Assembly (NCBI RefSeq): GCF_000039765.1
Contig: NC_004460.2
Span: forward strand, 240,001-272,000
Source: Vibrio vulnificus CMCP6
Lineage (GTDB): Bacteria; Pseudomonadota; Gammaproteobacteria; Enterobacterales; Vibrionaceae
DNA length: 32,000 nt
Direction of reading: 5' to 3'
Shown: piece after piece, positions 1 through 10,607 of the stretch
How positions within the stretch are numbered: position 1 is the first letter of the stretch
How the letters are laid out: each line of letters opens with the position of its first letter
The notes under the pieces: model-generated
The model's input: the letters and a program-made list of their open reading frames with translations, nothing else
Databases searched by the model: none
Told to the model about the DNA's origin: nothing
Translations under genes and position numbers: made by a program

Positions 1-611
1 CGGATGACGATAAGCCTTTGCTGGGGATCTCTGTTGATGTACCAATGGTTTTGCTGCAGCAAATGGTTCAGAAGCTAGAAAAGCACGGCTACCAAAATAT
101 TTGCAGTGGCAAAGAAGAAAGCTGCGGCTTGAAGTCGGTGAAAATGGAAGCGAGCATGCTTAACGCTTGCAAGCGCTTAATGCGGGGATTGTGTGATCCT
201 CTTGAAACTGAAGTGCTAGGCCAATCATTACTAGAAGAGGTGGTTTATCGTGCGTTACTGAGCCCTAAAGGCTATGTGCTGTTTGAGCTGGCACATGCTG
301 AGGGCAACTATTCGAGAATCGCACAAGTGCTGGATAAGGTTCACCAAGACTACTCGGAGCCATTGACGGTGCAAGATCTTGCCTCTAAAGCGAACATGAG
401 TATTTCCGCCTTTCATACCGCTTTTCGTAGCGTGACGCTGGAGTCTCCGATTCAATACATCAAGAAAGTAAGGCTGAATAAAGCTCGGGATCTCATCAAG
501 TTAGAGGGAAAGCGTGTTAATGATGCCGCACGTCTAGTGGGTTACAACAGCACCTCACAATTTAGCCGTGAATACAAACGCCATTTCAATGAAACGCCGA
601 AAAGTGCATAA
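1..611 (+). CDS. AraC-family transcriptional regulator, C-terminal part (gene begins before the window)
   Basis: Frame is open to the window edge upstream of the listed TTG at 18 (DDDKPLLGISVDV...). C-terminal double HTH with typical text 'LTVQDLASKANMSISAFHTAFRSVTLESPIQYIKKVRLNKARDLI...VNDAARLVGYNSTSQFSREYKRHF'. Confidence 0.9.
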   Translation, partial: DDDKPLLGISVDVPMVLLQQMVQKLEKHGYQNICSGKEESCGLKSVKMEASMLNACKRLMRGLCDPLETEVLGQSLLEEVVYRALLSPKGYVLFELAHAEGNYSRIAQVLDKVHQDYSEPLTVQDLASKANMSISAFHTAFRSVTLESPIQYIKKVRLNKARDLIKLEGKRVNDAARLVGYNSTSQFSREYKRHFNETPKSA

Positions 612-979
612 AAGTGTGTCAATCCAATGAATGAGATTGTAAGTGGCATTCTTATATATAAAACAATTTGCACAAATATTATGCCAATATTGAAGCGATA
701 TTTAGTGACATATTTTAAAAATTAAGTATTTATCGGTAGTGAACGCGATTTATTATGTTCTATAAAATTAATCAGAAATTAGTTATCGGTACAAAATAAG
801 AGTGTAGCCGTTGCACTATTACACTAGTTTCTTGCGAGTCAATGTTCAATTATTGCAATTGATAGGTGTGAAATCTTCAAACTGTACTTAAGTTATTTTA
901 CAGCGAAATATAAGTCATCAAGGGATTGCTTTTGATGATGATTTAAACGTTGAAACAACAACTTAAGGGAAGAGCCTGT

Positions 980-3900
980 ATGCGTTTTAAAAACGGAAAG
1001 GCAGCAAAGAATGTGTTTACACTCAGTACTTTGACTGCTTCATGTCTGATGGCATTCAATAGCTACGCGGCTGTTGATTGTTCACCTCTACAAGAATGGA
1101 ACTCTTCCGCCATTTATAACGGCGGAGACAAGGTTCAGTATCAGGGTAGCGCTTATGAAGCCCGTTACTGGACACAAAACAATAACCCAGCAGAATTCTC
1201 GGGAGATTGGGCACAATGGAAAGCACTCGGTGCTTGTGACAATGGCCCAGTTGACCCAGTTAACCAAGTTCCCACCACCGCTTTGACCTCACCTGTTGCA
1301 ACGGATGTTGTGAAAGAAGGTGAGGTCGTTGTTCTTGCGGCAACGGCAGCGGATCAAGATGGCACCGTCGCCAAAGTTGAGTTTTTGGTTGATGGCGTTG
1401 TGGTTGGTCAAGATACATCGGCACCATTCTCCGCGTCATGGACTGCAACCGCAGGCGCTCATACTTTCAGCTCTGTCGCTTATGACGATAAAGGCGCGGT
1501 AAGCCAACCAAGCAACGTGACGTTGACCGTGGAATCCACTCAGCCTGGCAATACGGCGCCAACGGTCGATCTTGCACTTTCTGCAACCACGGTTGAGCAG
1601 GGTGCAGTGGTCACGTTGACCTCAAATGCAGCAGACAGCGATGGTACTGTTGAAAAAGTAGACTTTTTTGTTGGTGGCGTACTTGTCGGTACGGCAGCAA
1701 CCGCTCCTTATACGCTTGACTATACCACCACTCAAGCTGGCTCTTTGTCGGTCTTTGCTCGTGCGACGGATAACCTTGGTGCAACCACGGATTCCTCTGC
1801 ACAGACGCTGAAAGTCAACGGTGTGGCACCAGTGGCATCGTGTCGCCCTGACGGCCTGTACCAAACAGAAGGCGTTAATGTGCCTTACTGTACGATTTAC
1901 GATGAAGAAGGTCGTGAGAAGATGGGGGCAGACCACCCACGTCGTGTGATCGGTTACTTTACCAGCTGGCGTAGCGGTGATGACCCACAAGCGGCTTATC
2001 TGGTTAAAGATATTCCGTGGGAGCAATTAACGCACATTAACTACGCGTTTGTCAGCATTGGCTCTGACGGCAAAGTCAACGTTGGTGACGTGAACGATCC
2101 GACTAACGCTGCAACAGGAAAAGAGTGGCCGGGCGTTGAAATCGATCCGACTCTGGGCTTCAAAGGTCACTTTGGTGCGCTAGCCACTTACAAAGAAAAA
2201 TATGGCGTTAAGACGCTGATTTCTATCGGTGGTTGGGCGGAAACGGGCGGTCACTTTGGTGCGGATGGCAAACGTGTCGCAGACGGTGGTTTCTACACTA
2301 TGACAACCAATGCGGATGGTTCCATCAACCATGCGGGCATTGAGAAATTTGCCACCTCAGCGGTCGAAATGATCCGTAAGTACAAGTTCGACGGTGTGGA
2401 TATCGATTATGAGTACCCAACTTCAATGGCGGGTGCGGGTAACCCAGATGATAAAGCCTTCATGGAACCACGTCGTGCTTATCTATGGGCTTCATACCAA
2501 GAGTTAATGCGCGTATTGCGTGAAAAGCTTGACCAAGCGTCTGCACAAGATGGCGTTCACTACATGCTTACCATCGCTGCACCATCTTCGGGCTACCTAC
2601 TGCGTGGTATGGAAACGTTTGATGTGACTAAGTACCTCGATTACGTCAACATCATGTCTTACGACCTACACGGTGCATGGAACGATCATGTTGGCCACAA
2701 CGCGGCGCTGTACGATACAGGTGAAGACTCAGAATTAGCGCAGTGGAATGTTTACGGCACGGCACAATATGGTGGCATCGGTTACCTCAATACAGACTGG
2801 GCATACCACTACTTCCGTGGCTCAATGCCAGCAGGCCGTATTAACATCGGTGTGCCTTACTATACTCGTGGTTGGCAAGGTGTGACGGGTGGTACCAATG
2901 GCCTATGGGGCCGAGCGGCGCTACCAAACCAGGCTGAGTGTGCTCCGGGTACAGGTGAAGGTGAGAAGAATAACTGTGGCCATGGTGCGATGGGTATCGA
3001 CAACATGTGGCACGACACCGATCCAAAAGGTAACGAAATGGGCGCGGGTTCAAACCCAATGTGGCATGCGAAGAACCTAGAAAAAGGCATCTTTGGTTCC
3101 TATGCGTCAGCGTACAAACTTGATCCAGTCAACGATCCGCAAGATAAACTGGTTGGTAGCTATGTTCGTAACTACGACAGTGTAGCTGTCGCGCCTTGGT
3201 TGTGGAACGCGGAAAAAGCGGTATTCCTATCAACGGAAGACAAAGCGTCTGTCAGCGTGAAAGCCGACTACGTCATCGATAAAGAGATCGGCGGTATCAT
3301 GTTCTGGGAACTGGCGGGTGACTATAACTGTTACGTGCTTGATGCCAATGGCAACCGCACGACCATCGATGAAACCGAGCAGGCATGTGCCACGGGCAAC
3401 GGTGAATTCCACATGGGTAACTCGATGACCAAAGCTATCTACGATAAGTTTAAGTCAGCAACCCCATACGGCAACACGGTCGCAACGGGCGCAATTCCTT
3501 CAGAGACACTGGACATCGCTGTTTCTGTCGGTGGATTCAAAGTGGGTGATCAAAACTACCCAATCAACCCGAAAGTGACCTTTACCAACAATACCGGTAC
3601 AGCAATTCCGGGCGGCACTGAGTTCCAGTTCGACATTCCAGTGTCGGCGCCAGATAACGCGAAAGATCAATCTGGTGGTGGCCTGAAAGTGATTGCTTCT
3701 GGTCACACACGTGCGAACAACATCGGTGGTCTGGATGGCGTAATGCATCGTGTGGCGTTCTCGCTTCCTGCGTGGAAAGAGCTACCAGCAGGCGGGACTT
3801 ACGAGTTGGATATGGTTTACTACCTACCAATTTCTGGTCCGGCAAACTACAGCGTGAACATCAACGGTGTGGACTACGCGTTCAAGTTTGAACAACCTGA

Positions 3901-4162
3901 TCTGCCAGTTGCTGATTTGTCTGCAGGCAACGGTGGCAATACGGGTGGTGGTGATACTGGCGGCGGTAACACCGGAGGTGGTGACACTGGTGGCAATACA
4001 GGTAGCGGTACGGTTATCCAATGGGAACCAGGTGTAACGCAAGTGAATAATGGCGAAACAGTGACCTTTAACGGTAAGTGTTTTGTTGCGAAAAACAGCC
4101 CAGGGGTTTGGGAGTCTCCAACACAAACCAACTGGTTTTGGGATGAAGTAACCTGTCCATAA
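980..4162 (+). CDS. Secreted multidomain GH18 chitinase (chitin-binding module, Ig/Big-like repeats, catalytic domain, Gly/Thr linker, C-terminal module)
   Basis: Catalytic motif [11 protein letters not shown] (DxxDxDxE). Signal-peptide-like N-terminus ([20 protein letters not shown]). CBM5/12-like '[32 protein letters not shown]'. ATG at 980 has a better SD (AAGGGAAG) than the track TTG start at 950. Confidence 0.95.
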   Translation: MRFKNGKAAKNVFTLSTLTASCLMAFNSYAAVDCSPLQEWNSSAIYNGGDKVQYQGSAYEARYWTQNNNPAEFSGDWAQWKALGACDNGPVDPVNQVPTTALTSPVATDVVKEGEVVVLAATAADQDGTVAKVEFLVDGVVVGQDTSAPFSASWTATAGAHTFSSVAYDDKGAVSQPSNVTLTVESTQPGNTAPTVDLALSATTVEQGAVVTLTSNAADSDGTVEKVDFFVGGVLVGTAATAPYTLDYTTTQAGSLSVFARATDNLGATTDSSAQTLKVNGVAPVASCRPDGLYQTEGVNVPYCTIYDEEGREKMGADHPRRVIGYFTSWRSGDDPQAAYLVKDIPWEQLTHINYAFVSIGSDGKVNVGDVNDPTNAATGKEWPGVEIDPTLGFKGHFGALATYKEKYGVKTLISIGGWAETGGHFGADGKRVADGGFYTMTTNADGSINHAGIEKFATSAVEMIRKYKFDGVDIDYEYPTSMAGAGNPDDKAFMEPRRAYLWASYQELMRVLREKLDQASAQDGVHYMLTIAAPSSGYLLRGMETFDVTKYLDYVNIMSYDLHGAWNDHVGHNAALYDTGEDSELAQWNVYGTAQYGGIGYLNTDWAYHYFRGSMPAGRINIGVPYYTRGWQGVTGGTNGLWGRAALPNQAECAPGTGEGEKNNCGHGAMGIDNMWHDTDPKGNEMGAGSNPMWHAKNLEKGIFGSYASAYKLDPVNDPQDKLVGSYVRNYDSVAVAPWLWNAEKAVFLSTEDKASVSVKADYVIDKEIGGIMFWELAGDYNCYVLDANGNRTTIDETEQACATGNGEFHMGNSMTKAIYDKFKSATPYGNTVATGAIPSETLDIAVSVGGFKVGDQNYPINPKVTFTNNTGTAIPGGTEFQFDIPVSAPDNAKDQSGGGLKVIASGHTRANNIGGLDGVMHRVAFSLPAWKELPAGGTYELDMVYYLPISGPANYSVNINGVDYAFKFEQPDLPVADLSAGNGGNTGGGDTGGGNTGGGDTGGNTGSGTVIQWEPGVTQVNNGETVTFNGKCFVAKNSPGVWESPTQTNWFWDEVTCP
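3929..4008 (+). repeat. Gly/Asn/Thr-rich linker-coding tandem repeat ([22 protein letters not shown])
   Basis: Short GGTGG(T/C)GA(T/C)AC(T/C)GG-type units encoding the interdomain linker of the chitinase; read directly. Confidence 0.75.
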
Positions 4163-4180
4163 TTCATTGCACTACAAACA

Positions 4181-4212
4181 AACACCCCAGATTGATTCTG
4201 GGGTGTTTTTTA
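4181..4212 (+). terminator. Intrinsic terminator after the chitinase gene
   Basis: AACACCCCAG-attgatt-CTGGGGTGTTTTTTATT, perfect 10-bp stem followed by T run; lies between convergent genes. Confidence 0.85.
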
Positions 4213-4236
4213 TTGTTAAACAGAAGCTTAGTGAAT

Positions 4237-5451
4237 TTAGAACTGATAGCTTTCAGGTACAACAACAATGCCATTCTCTGAAATTTTGAAACGTTGTGCG
4301 TCTTCTAAGCGGTTCAAGCCAATTTGAGTGTAGGGCGGGACTTTGACATGTTTGTCGATGATGCAGTTGACCAACTGGCATCCTTCACCAATTTCAACAT
4401 CGTCAAAAATGATGCTGTCGACCACCGTTGCACTGTCGTTTATGCGTACATTGGAAGAAACGATGGAGTGCTGCACTGATCCTCCCGAGTTGATGACACC
4501 ATTGGCAATGATCGAGTTAATGAAAATTCCTTCATTACCGCTGCCTGAAGAAACGGTTCTTGCTGGTGGATATTGGGGTTCATAGGTACGGATCCCCCAG
4601 TCTTTTTGGTAGAGGTTCATCGGAGGAATCGGCTCTAAAAGGTCCATGTTTGCCTGATAAAAGGAATCAATGGTGCCCACGTCGCGCCAATAGCAATCTT
4701 TATCTACCCGCCCTTTACTACCACAGAACTTGTAGGCAAACACAGACCCAGTATCGATGAGTTTAGGAATGATATCTTTACCAAAATCATGGGATGACGC
4801 GTCATCGTCGGCGTCTTCTATCAGTGCTTGCTGCAACACCTCCATACTGAATATGTAAATCCCCATCGAGACCAAGCTTCGCTCGGGATCATTGGGTAAA
4901 TGGGGCGGATTCTGCGGTTTCTCGACAAACGAATGAACGCGATGGCGCTCATCAATACCCATGACACCAAAGGCTTTGGCTTCTTTACAATTTACATCCA
5001 TGCAAGCGACCGTCAGCGCCGCATTATTGGCGATGTGTTCCTCCAGCATCGGTGCGTAGTCCATTCGGTAGATGTGGTCACCGGATAACACCATGACGTA
5101 CTTGGCTTCACTGCGTTCGAGCAACCACAAGTTGTGATAGATGGCATCGGCTGTGCCTTCGTACCATTTGCCACCTTTGCGCATTTGTGGTGGTACGGAG
5201 GTGATGTATTCGCCCAGTTCAGGATTGAAAATGGACCAACCATCACGAAGGTGTTTTTGCAACGAATGCGATTTGTACTGGGTGAGGACGAGAATTTTAC
5301 GCAGGCCGGAGTGCAAGCAGTTGGTAAGCGTGAAATCGATAATGCGGTATTTTCCACCAAATGGTACCGCGGGTTTTGCTCTGTCATCCGTTAATGGACT
5401 GAGTCGTGATCCCATGCCTCCGGCCAGTATCACTGTCAAAATGTCCTGCAT
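4237..5451 (-). CDS. glgC: Glucose-1-phosphate adenylyltransferase
   Basis: 404 aa; MQDILTVILAGGMGSRLSPLTDDRAKPAVPFGGKYRIIDFTLTNCLHSGLRKILVLTQYKSHSL, classic GlgC N-terminus. Confidence 0.95.
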   Translation of the reverse strand: MQDILTVILAGGMGSRLSPLTDDRAKPAVPFGGKYRIIDFTLTNCLHSGLRKILVLTQYKSHSLQKHLRDGWSIFNPELGEYITSVPPQMRKGGKWYEGTADAIYHNLWLLERSEAKYVMVLSGDHIYRMDYAPMLEEHIANNAALTVACMDVNCKEAKAFGVMGIDERHRVHSFVEKPQNPPHLPNDPERSLVSMGIYIFSMEVLQQALIEDADDDASSHDFGKDIIPKLIDTGSVFAYKFCGSKGRVDKDCYWRDVGTIDSFYQANMDLLEPIPPMNLYQKDWGIRTYEPQYPPARTVSSGSGNEGIFINSIIANGVINSGGSVQHSIVSSNVRINDSATVVDSIIFDDVEIGEGCQLVNCIIDKHVKVPPYTQIGLNRLEDAQRFKISENGIVVVPESYQF

Positions 5452-5810
5452 GCGTATTCTCCCTGAATGTGTGCAATATCATAGAGATTAGTACAAGAAT
5501 TGAGCCAAAACCTTTTTATTGAGAAATCATGACGTTTTCATTAAATAATCCATTGTTGTGCACAAAAAGTAAGCAGTGAGCTTGGGGCATGCACCGTGTT
5601 AGTGCGTCGCAATGATAAAAAAGGTCGGCGTCTAAGATCTTGGCGCTTAGCGGTTTTACACTGTAAATAGCAGAAAATCACAAGTACTAAACGAGTGGCT
5701 TGCACGGGCTGTGCTAGACAAGGCTTTGGGTGGGATTTCTCAGTGTTATCGGAGTAATAAACTGAAAAATAAAAGAATTTCTGCAATCTAGTATGCGTTA
5801 GATTCGAACA

Positions 5811-5835
5811 AAAAGCGCCTTGTTGCAAGGCGCTT
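5811..5835 (-). terminator. Intrinsic terminator downstream of fhs (minus strand)
   Basis: AAGCGCCTTG-ttg-CAAGGCGCTT hairpin; minus-strand reading is followed by a U run (AAAAA on +). Confidence 0.75.
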
Positions 5836-5894
5836 AAGGGGTCTCAATAGGATCCTCAACAATGAGATAAATAATGTGATATTGAAATCGTGGC

Positions 5895-7643
5895 TTAGCT
5901 TAGGCCAACAATATCGCCATTTTCATCGATATCCAGTGCCATAAAAGCGGGGATGTCTGGCAGACCTGGCATAGTCATCACATTACCAGTGAGCGCGTAA
6001 ACGAAACCCGCGCCAGCACAGAGCCTAACTTCACGGACCATGATGGTAAATCCACTTGGTGCACCTTTGAGAGAGGAATCGGACGAGATAGAAAGGGGGG
6101 TTTTTGCCATACACACGGCCAACTCGCCAAATCCTAATGTTTGATAAAGAGCTAACTGCTGTTTTGCGGTATCGCTAAATTGCACCTCACCACAACCGTA
6201 ACCTTTAGTACAAACGGTGATGATTTTCTCCTCGAGCGTTTGCTCTGCTCGATACAGTGGGCGAAAGTTTGCTGGCGCATCACATGCTTCAATCACTTCA
6301 CGAGCTACCGCCTCCATGCCTTTACCACCTTTGGCAAAGCCCTCGCTGATCGCGACACGAACATTGAGTGGCAGTTGCTGGATCCAAAGCTTGAGTTGCC
6401 CAAGCTCCTCTGCGCTGTCTTGTGGAAACTGATTGATAGCAACGACCACTGGTAAACCGTATTTTTGCGCGTTATCAATATGCCATTTTAGGTTACTAAA
6501 GCCGGATTCCAGCGCAGCGCGATCCGGTTGAAATAAGGCGTCTGGTAATGGCATACCAGGTTTTAGGTCATACAGCCCTGAGTTTGCTTTCAAACCGCGC
6601 AAAGTCGCAACAATCACCACGCAATCGGGGGCTTTGTGCGAAGTTGAAGATTTGATGTTGCATGCTTTTTCAAGCCCCATATCTGAGCCAAAACCGGCCT
6701 CGGTGACAACGTAACTCGACAGTTTTAAGGCAATCTCATCAGCGATGATGGATGAGTTCCCGTGTGCAATGTTAGCAAATGGACCCGCATGAATAAGGGT
6801 AGGCACACCTTCAAGCGTTTGCATCAGCGTCGGTTTGATCGCTTCTTTCAGCGTTACTGTCATCGCACCTGCCACTTGTAACTGTTCTGCACTGACAGGT
6901 TCGCTATCCAGATTGTAAGCGAGAACCACTTTACCAATACGTTCACGCATATCTTGAAGGTTTTTCGACAACGCCAAAATTGCCATCAGTTCAGATGCGG
7001 CTGAAATATCAAAGCCTTCTTCACGTTCAAATCCGTTGATGGTCTTGCCTTCGTCATTGATTCCAACGCGAACTTTACGCAGTGCGCGATCGTTGTGGTC
7101 CATTACGCGTTTCCAAACCACGCGATCTGGGTCAATTCTTAATGCAGGAAGCCCGGTGCGAGCTTCAAAGGCTTGATAACCAGCGCGCTGTTCGTGATAG
7201 ATGCGGGCATCAATGGCAGCTGCGGCGAGATTGTGCGCCGCAGTAACGGCGTGAATGTCGCCAGTAAGATGCAAATTAAGTTCATCCATCGGGGCGACCT
7301 GTGAATAGCCACCACCCGCAGCGCCCCCTTTTACACCAAAAACAGGCCCCATAGAAGGTTGACGGATACACGCCATCACCGATTGATTGAGGCTTTGTAA
7401 CCCTTGCGCTAGACCGATAGTGGTGACGGTTTTGCCTTCTCCAAGTGGGGTTGGTGTGATTGCCGTGACCAAAACAAGTTTGCCATCTTGTTGCTCAGCA
7501 AGGCGTTTTACACATCGGGCAGACACTTTCGCTTTATATAAACCGTGAGTTTCAAACTCATCTGCCAGCAGTCCTGCTTTTGCGGCAATCTGTTCAATTG
7601 GTTTAAGAGGTGTCGTACGACAAATATCGATATCTGAAAGCAT
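5895..7643 (-). CDS. fhs: Formate--tetrahydrofolate ligase
   Basis: 582 aa; contains [16 protein letters not shown] nucleotide-binding motif and family-typical '[37 protein letters not shown]'. Confidence 0.97.
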   Translation of the reverse strand: MLSDIDICRTTPLKPIEQIAAKAGLLADEFETHGLYKAKVSARCVKRLAEQQDGKLVLVTAITPTPLGEGKTVTTIGLAQGLQSLNQSVMACIRQPSMGPVFGVKGGAAGGGYSQVAPMDELNLHLTGDIHAVTAAHNLAAAAIDARIYHEQRAGYQAFEARTGLPALRIDPDRVVWKRVMDHNDRALRKVRVGINDEGKTINGFEREEGFDISAASELMAILALSKNLQDMRERIGKVVLAYNLDSEPVSAEQLQVAGAMTVTLKEAIKPTLMQTLEGVPTLIHAGPFANIAHGNSSIIADEIALKLSSYVVTEAGFGSDMGLEKACNIKSSTSHKAPDCVVIVATLRGLKANSGLYDLKPGMPLPDALFQPDRAALESGFSNLKWHIDNAQKYGLPVVVAINQFPQDSAEELGQLKLWIQQLPLNVRVAISEGFAKGGKGMEAVAREVIEACDAPANFRPLYRAEQTLEEKIITVCTKGYGCGEVQFSDTAKQQLALYQTLGFGELAVCMAKTPLSISSDSSLKGAPSGFTIMVREVRLCAGAGFVYALTGNVMTMPGLPDIPAFMALDIDENGDIVGLS

Positions 7644-7665
7644 GCAAAACCCTTATCTAACAATC

Positions 7666-7681
7666 ACGCAAACGTTTGCGG
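7666..7681. promoter_or_regulatory. Putative PurR operator upstream of fhs
   Basis: ACGCAAACGTTTGCGG, near-perfect match to the PurR palindrome (ACGCAAACGTTTKCGT), 23 bp upstream of the fhs start codon. Confidence 0.75.
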
Positions 7682-7824
7682 TGGCATGATACTTAAATGC
7701 ATAATTGAGTAAAGTATTATATAAGCTTAGTTGTGCTACAGCTTAGTTTAATTTGAGAAAAATTGGCTTAGATCAAAAAGAAAAGGCTGCATAATAGCAG
7801 CCTTAAGAGCATTAAGTACGGAAT

Positions 7825-9129
7825 CTATCGATCCCAATAAGCTTCTTCTAAACTGTCTTCACGTTCTGGTAAAGCACGTGATAGGCGAGGTGAATGCTGG
7901 GTCAGTACTTCATAACTGACTCGGTTTGCGTACTTACAAATTTGTGACAATGACGAATAGGTCAGGCACATATGCTGGTGTTTCTCTGAGTTCGGGACAT
8001 TCTTCAGATGGAACGCGTTGGACGCCATATCGTGAAGAAGGGCAGAGAGTGCACCATCGCCAGCACCATTGGTATTTTTGATCTCGGCCGGGCCACCTAA
8101 GTAAGGGCCAATGTGGGAGTAGACACGAATTGGATCTTTGCACTCAGCACGACGCATTGCACGACTAAATTCGTACATGTTGAAGCCTTCAATCGCACCT
8201 TGGTAAAGGTCGTGCGTTGTTTCGCGTTTTGCATCGTTATCGGTGTAACCTGCCATGTAAAGGCCGTCTGGACCCGCAGTGCAAAGGACAAGATCAACCC
8301 AGTCGAGTGCTTTGTCGGCCGCTTTTAGTGGATCAGATTCACCGGTCAGGGCTTGGCCTTCTTCTTCATTCATCGCAACAACCGTGATGTTTTCACGGAT
8401 GTACTCTTGCCACCACTCAGGGTTGCCTTCGATCACGTATTTCGTTCCGAGAGTCAGTACGACGGGCACGGAATGCTTTTTCGCGTATTCAATGGCACGT
8501 TGTACCGCTTGCGGCATTGGATCTTCAGGCTTACCTCGCATTAGGTACGACGAAACCACTAGCGCAGCAGCTTTTTCAAACACTTCTTCTGGAATGCTCT
8601 CTGGAGCAAGCTTGTTCATGTGGCCTTCGTTGATCGCAAAGGTGCGCTCACCATCTTCTGAGATAAGGGTGTAGCAACGACCAATAGGGCCATCCACCGT
8701 TTGTAGGTGATTGAGGTTCATGCGAGAAGATGTACGACACAGATAGCGATAGGCGTACGAACCAACTTGAATATTTTTCGACATGACGCCCAGTAGAACA
8801 GACTTACTGTCTGCTAAGACTGAGTAGTTGTGAAGGGTGTTGCCAATGGTATCACCAGGGTATTGGTGAGTAATTAGGCCACGTTCGACTAACTCTTCGT
8901 AGAGAGCGTCAGCTTTGCTTTCTTCAAGAACTAGCGAGTGTCCTTTACTCAACTCATATTTCGCCAAAAATGCGTCATCTACACGCGCTTCGATATCTAC
9001 GATTGTCTGACCAACACCAACGATGGTTGGGCGGTAGAGCTTAGGTGCCACTTTAAGTTCAGTAACGAGTGGATCTCGAGTGTTTGTAGGGAAATAGTGT
9101 TTAGATTTTCGCTGACCAGGAAACTTCAT
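7825..9129 (-). CDS. gsk: Inosine/guanosine kinase
   Basis: 434 aa PfkB-like sugar kinase; 'NTNGAGDGALSALLHDMASN' anion-hole motif; N-terminus MKFPGQRKSKHYFPT as in Gsk. Confidence 0.93.
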   Translation of the reverse strand: MKFPGQRKSKHYFPTNTRDPLVTELKVAPKLYRPTIVGVGQTIVDIEARVDDAFLAKYELSKGHSLVLEESKADALYEELVERGLITHQYPGDTIGNTLHNYSVLADSKSVLLGVMSKNIQVGSYAYRYLCRTSSRMNLNHLQTVDGPIGRCYTLISEDGERTFAINEGHMNKLAPESIPEEVFEKAAALVVSSYLMRGKPEDPMPQAVQRAIEYAKKHSVPVVLTLGTKYVIEGNPEWWQEYIRENITVVAMNEEEGQALTGESDPLKAADKALDWVDLVLCTAGPDGLYMAGYTDNDAKRETTHDLYQGAIEGFNMYEFSRAMRRAECKDPIRVYSHIGPYLGGPAEIKNTNGAGDGALSALLHDMASNAFHLKNVPNSEKHQHMCLTYSSLSQICKYANRVSYEVLTQHSPRLSRALPEREDSLEEAYWDR

Positions 9130-9253
9130 ACTAGTGATAGATTGAGAAAAAAGAGGCGCATCATATCACAAATTTTTTGAAACAAGGCTCTTTTTGTTAC
9201 GCGAAAAATTGGCCGAACATTTTTTGTTCGGCCAAGTGGTTTTTGTGCAGATA

Positions 9254-9739
9254 TTATTGAGTTAGTGCTTCTGTTTTGCTCGGATCAACGTAGGCGTCAG
9301 TCCCCCAAAGCGGGACCGTTGATAAGCTATGTTTGAAGCTACCTTCGGTTTCTTTGGTTGTGTACGAAAGGTAGAGTAGGGTCTGGTTCTTTTGATCGTA
9401 AATACGACGAACCTTCATTGTTTTAAAAAAGATACTTTTTGACTGCTTGAACACCACTTCGCCCGACGAGCTTTTGTCAATCTTGGCGATCATTTCCGGT
9501 GTAATACTGCCGGTCTGGCGGCAAGAGATAGAGCTGTCACTAGGATCGGATAGGCTTAAGTTTGCCTCAATTGAAGCGATGTGACACGTTACGCCGGTGA
9601 CCACTTCATCTTGTAGCGAGGTGATTTTAATGTCCTTTAGGGTAAACCACCCCAAGCCTACGTCACCGACCTCGTTGCCACCACACCCTGAAAGAAGGGC
9701 TGTTGTCGCGAAAACAGCGGTAAGTAGTTTTAATTTCAT
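9254..9739 (-). CDS. creA: CreA-family periplasmic protein
   Basis: 161 aa; lipobox-like LLSGCGG; 'EVGDVGLGWFTLKDIKI...DEVVTGVTCHIASIEANLSL' characteristic of CreA. Confidence 0.85.
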   Translation of the reverse strand: MKLKLLTAVFATTALLSGCGGNEVGDVGLGWFTLKDIKITSLQDEVVTGVTCHIASIEANLSLSDPSDSSISCRQTGSITPEMIAKIDKSSSGEVVFKQSKSIFFKTMKVRRIYDQKNQTLLYLSYTTKETEGSFKHSLSTVPLWGTDAYVDPSKTEALTQ

Positions 9740-9832
9740 CGTCTTATCCTTTTTGACCTTGTCAACTGAATGAGCTTACCTTACCAGTTTTGACCCTCAA
9801 CTGTCTCTAACTAGTTCGGTCAAACTTGCATC

Positions 9833-9848
9833 ATGCAAACGTTTGAAT
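9833..9848. promoter_or_regulatory. PurR/LacI-family-like palindrome
   Basis: ATGCAAACGTTTGAAT containing core CAAACGTTTG, in the divergent region between creA (-) and the small lipoprotein ORF (+). Confidence 0.4.
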
Positions 9849-9930
9849 CATAAATTGATTAGAACCAATCTTAACCGCATGGTATGGTATGAGCCTTGCA
9901 AGAAAGTAGGAAAACGAAGAGGTTATCAGT

Positions 9931-10041
9931 ATGAAGAGAACATGTGTTGTGCTGTTGATTTCGTTAGGCTTACTTGCCGGGTGTTCAGCACCTCCGAAAT
10001 CTACCATCTGTACACCAAAAATTTGTGATATTTGGAATTAA
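9931..10041 (+). CDS. Very small predicted lipoprotein (36 aa), not in the supplied ORF track
   Basis: MKRTCVVLLISLGLLAGCSAPPKSTICTPKICDIWN; basic N-terminus, hydrophobic h-region, LLAGC lipobox; upstream AAGAGG SD-like sequence. Confidence 0.65.
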   Translation: MKRTCVVLLISLGLLAGCSAPPKSTICTPKICDIWN

Positions 10042-10043
10042 TC

Positions 10044-10547
10044 ATGTCGAATCAAACTCCGGCAATAACGAATAAAAAGAACAAGTGGTTATCCGATCAA
10101 GTTGATTGTGAGTTTCCCACCAAAGAAAGTATTGACGGATTGCAACTCTACCGCGCTTCTGCCGAGCAGCGCATTACCGAGCCATTTTCTATCACGGTGA
10201 CAGAATGTGAGGAGATGGAACACTACTTGGTCGATTTTCACCGTCTGACCATTATGTTTGCACTGCTGCAAAGTAAGCGTTGGTCTGACGAAAGTGAACA
10301 ATCGTTAATTGTTGAATTTCTAACGCAAATCATTCTGTCGCCCGAACACGATCTTTATGTGAGTTTCTCTCACGGTGAGCCAGTAGGCGCAGCGATGGTG
10401 ACGCGTTTGGAGTCAGAACTTTTGGTTTCCGATATCGTGTACAAACAAGCTTTCGATAAAGAACGAGTTGCGGGTTATTTGAGCTGTTTGCTTGAAAAAG
10501 TCACCAAAGAAATGTCAGCGGTAGAGAAAATTCTCATCGAAATTTGA
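10044..10547 (+). CDS. Conserved-looking hypothetical protein (weak GNAT-like resemblance)
   Basis: ATG at 10044 immediately after the lipoprotein ORF stop (10041); 167 aa from this start; 'LYVSFSHGEPVGAAMVTR' is only suggestive of acetyltransferase-like folds. Confidence 0.75.
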   Translation: MSNQTPAITNKKNKWLSDQVDCEFPTKESIDGLQLYRASAEQRITEPFSITVTECEEMEHYLVDFHRLTIMFALLQSKRWSDESEQSLIVEFLTQIILSPEHDLYVSFSHGEPVGAAMVTRLESELLVSDIVYKQAFDKERVAGYLSCLLEKVTKEMSAVEKILIEI

Positions 10548-10607
10548 TCAATGTCGTAATAAGTTCCTAATCAGCCACTATCATATCCCCACCATTTATT
10601 ACTTGGG

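Noticed and set aside
1611-4185. Multiple minus-strand ORFs inside the chitinase gene (1611-1802, 1622-2026, 2841-3090, 3500-4185)
   Set aside because: They lie antisense to a strongly supported coding gene, have no RBS or recognisable domains, and the 3874-4185 ORF is the reverse reading of the Gly-rich linker (Pro/Val repeats).
5541-5828. 95-aa minus-strand ORF between glgC and fhs
   Set aside because: Composition looks random, it overlaps the fhs terminator, and no domain or convincing RBS is seen.
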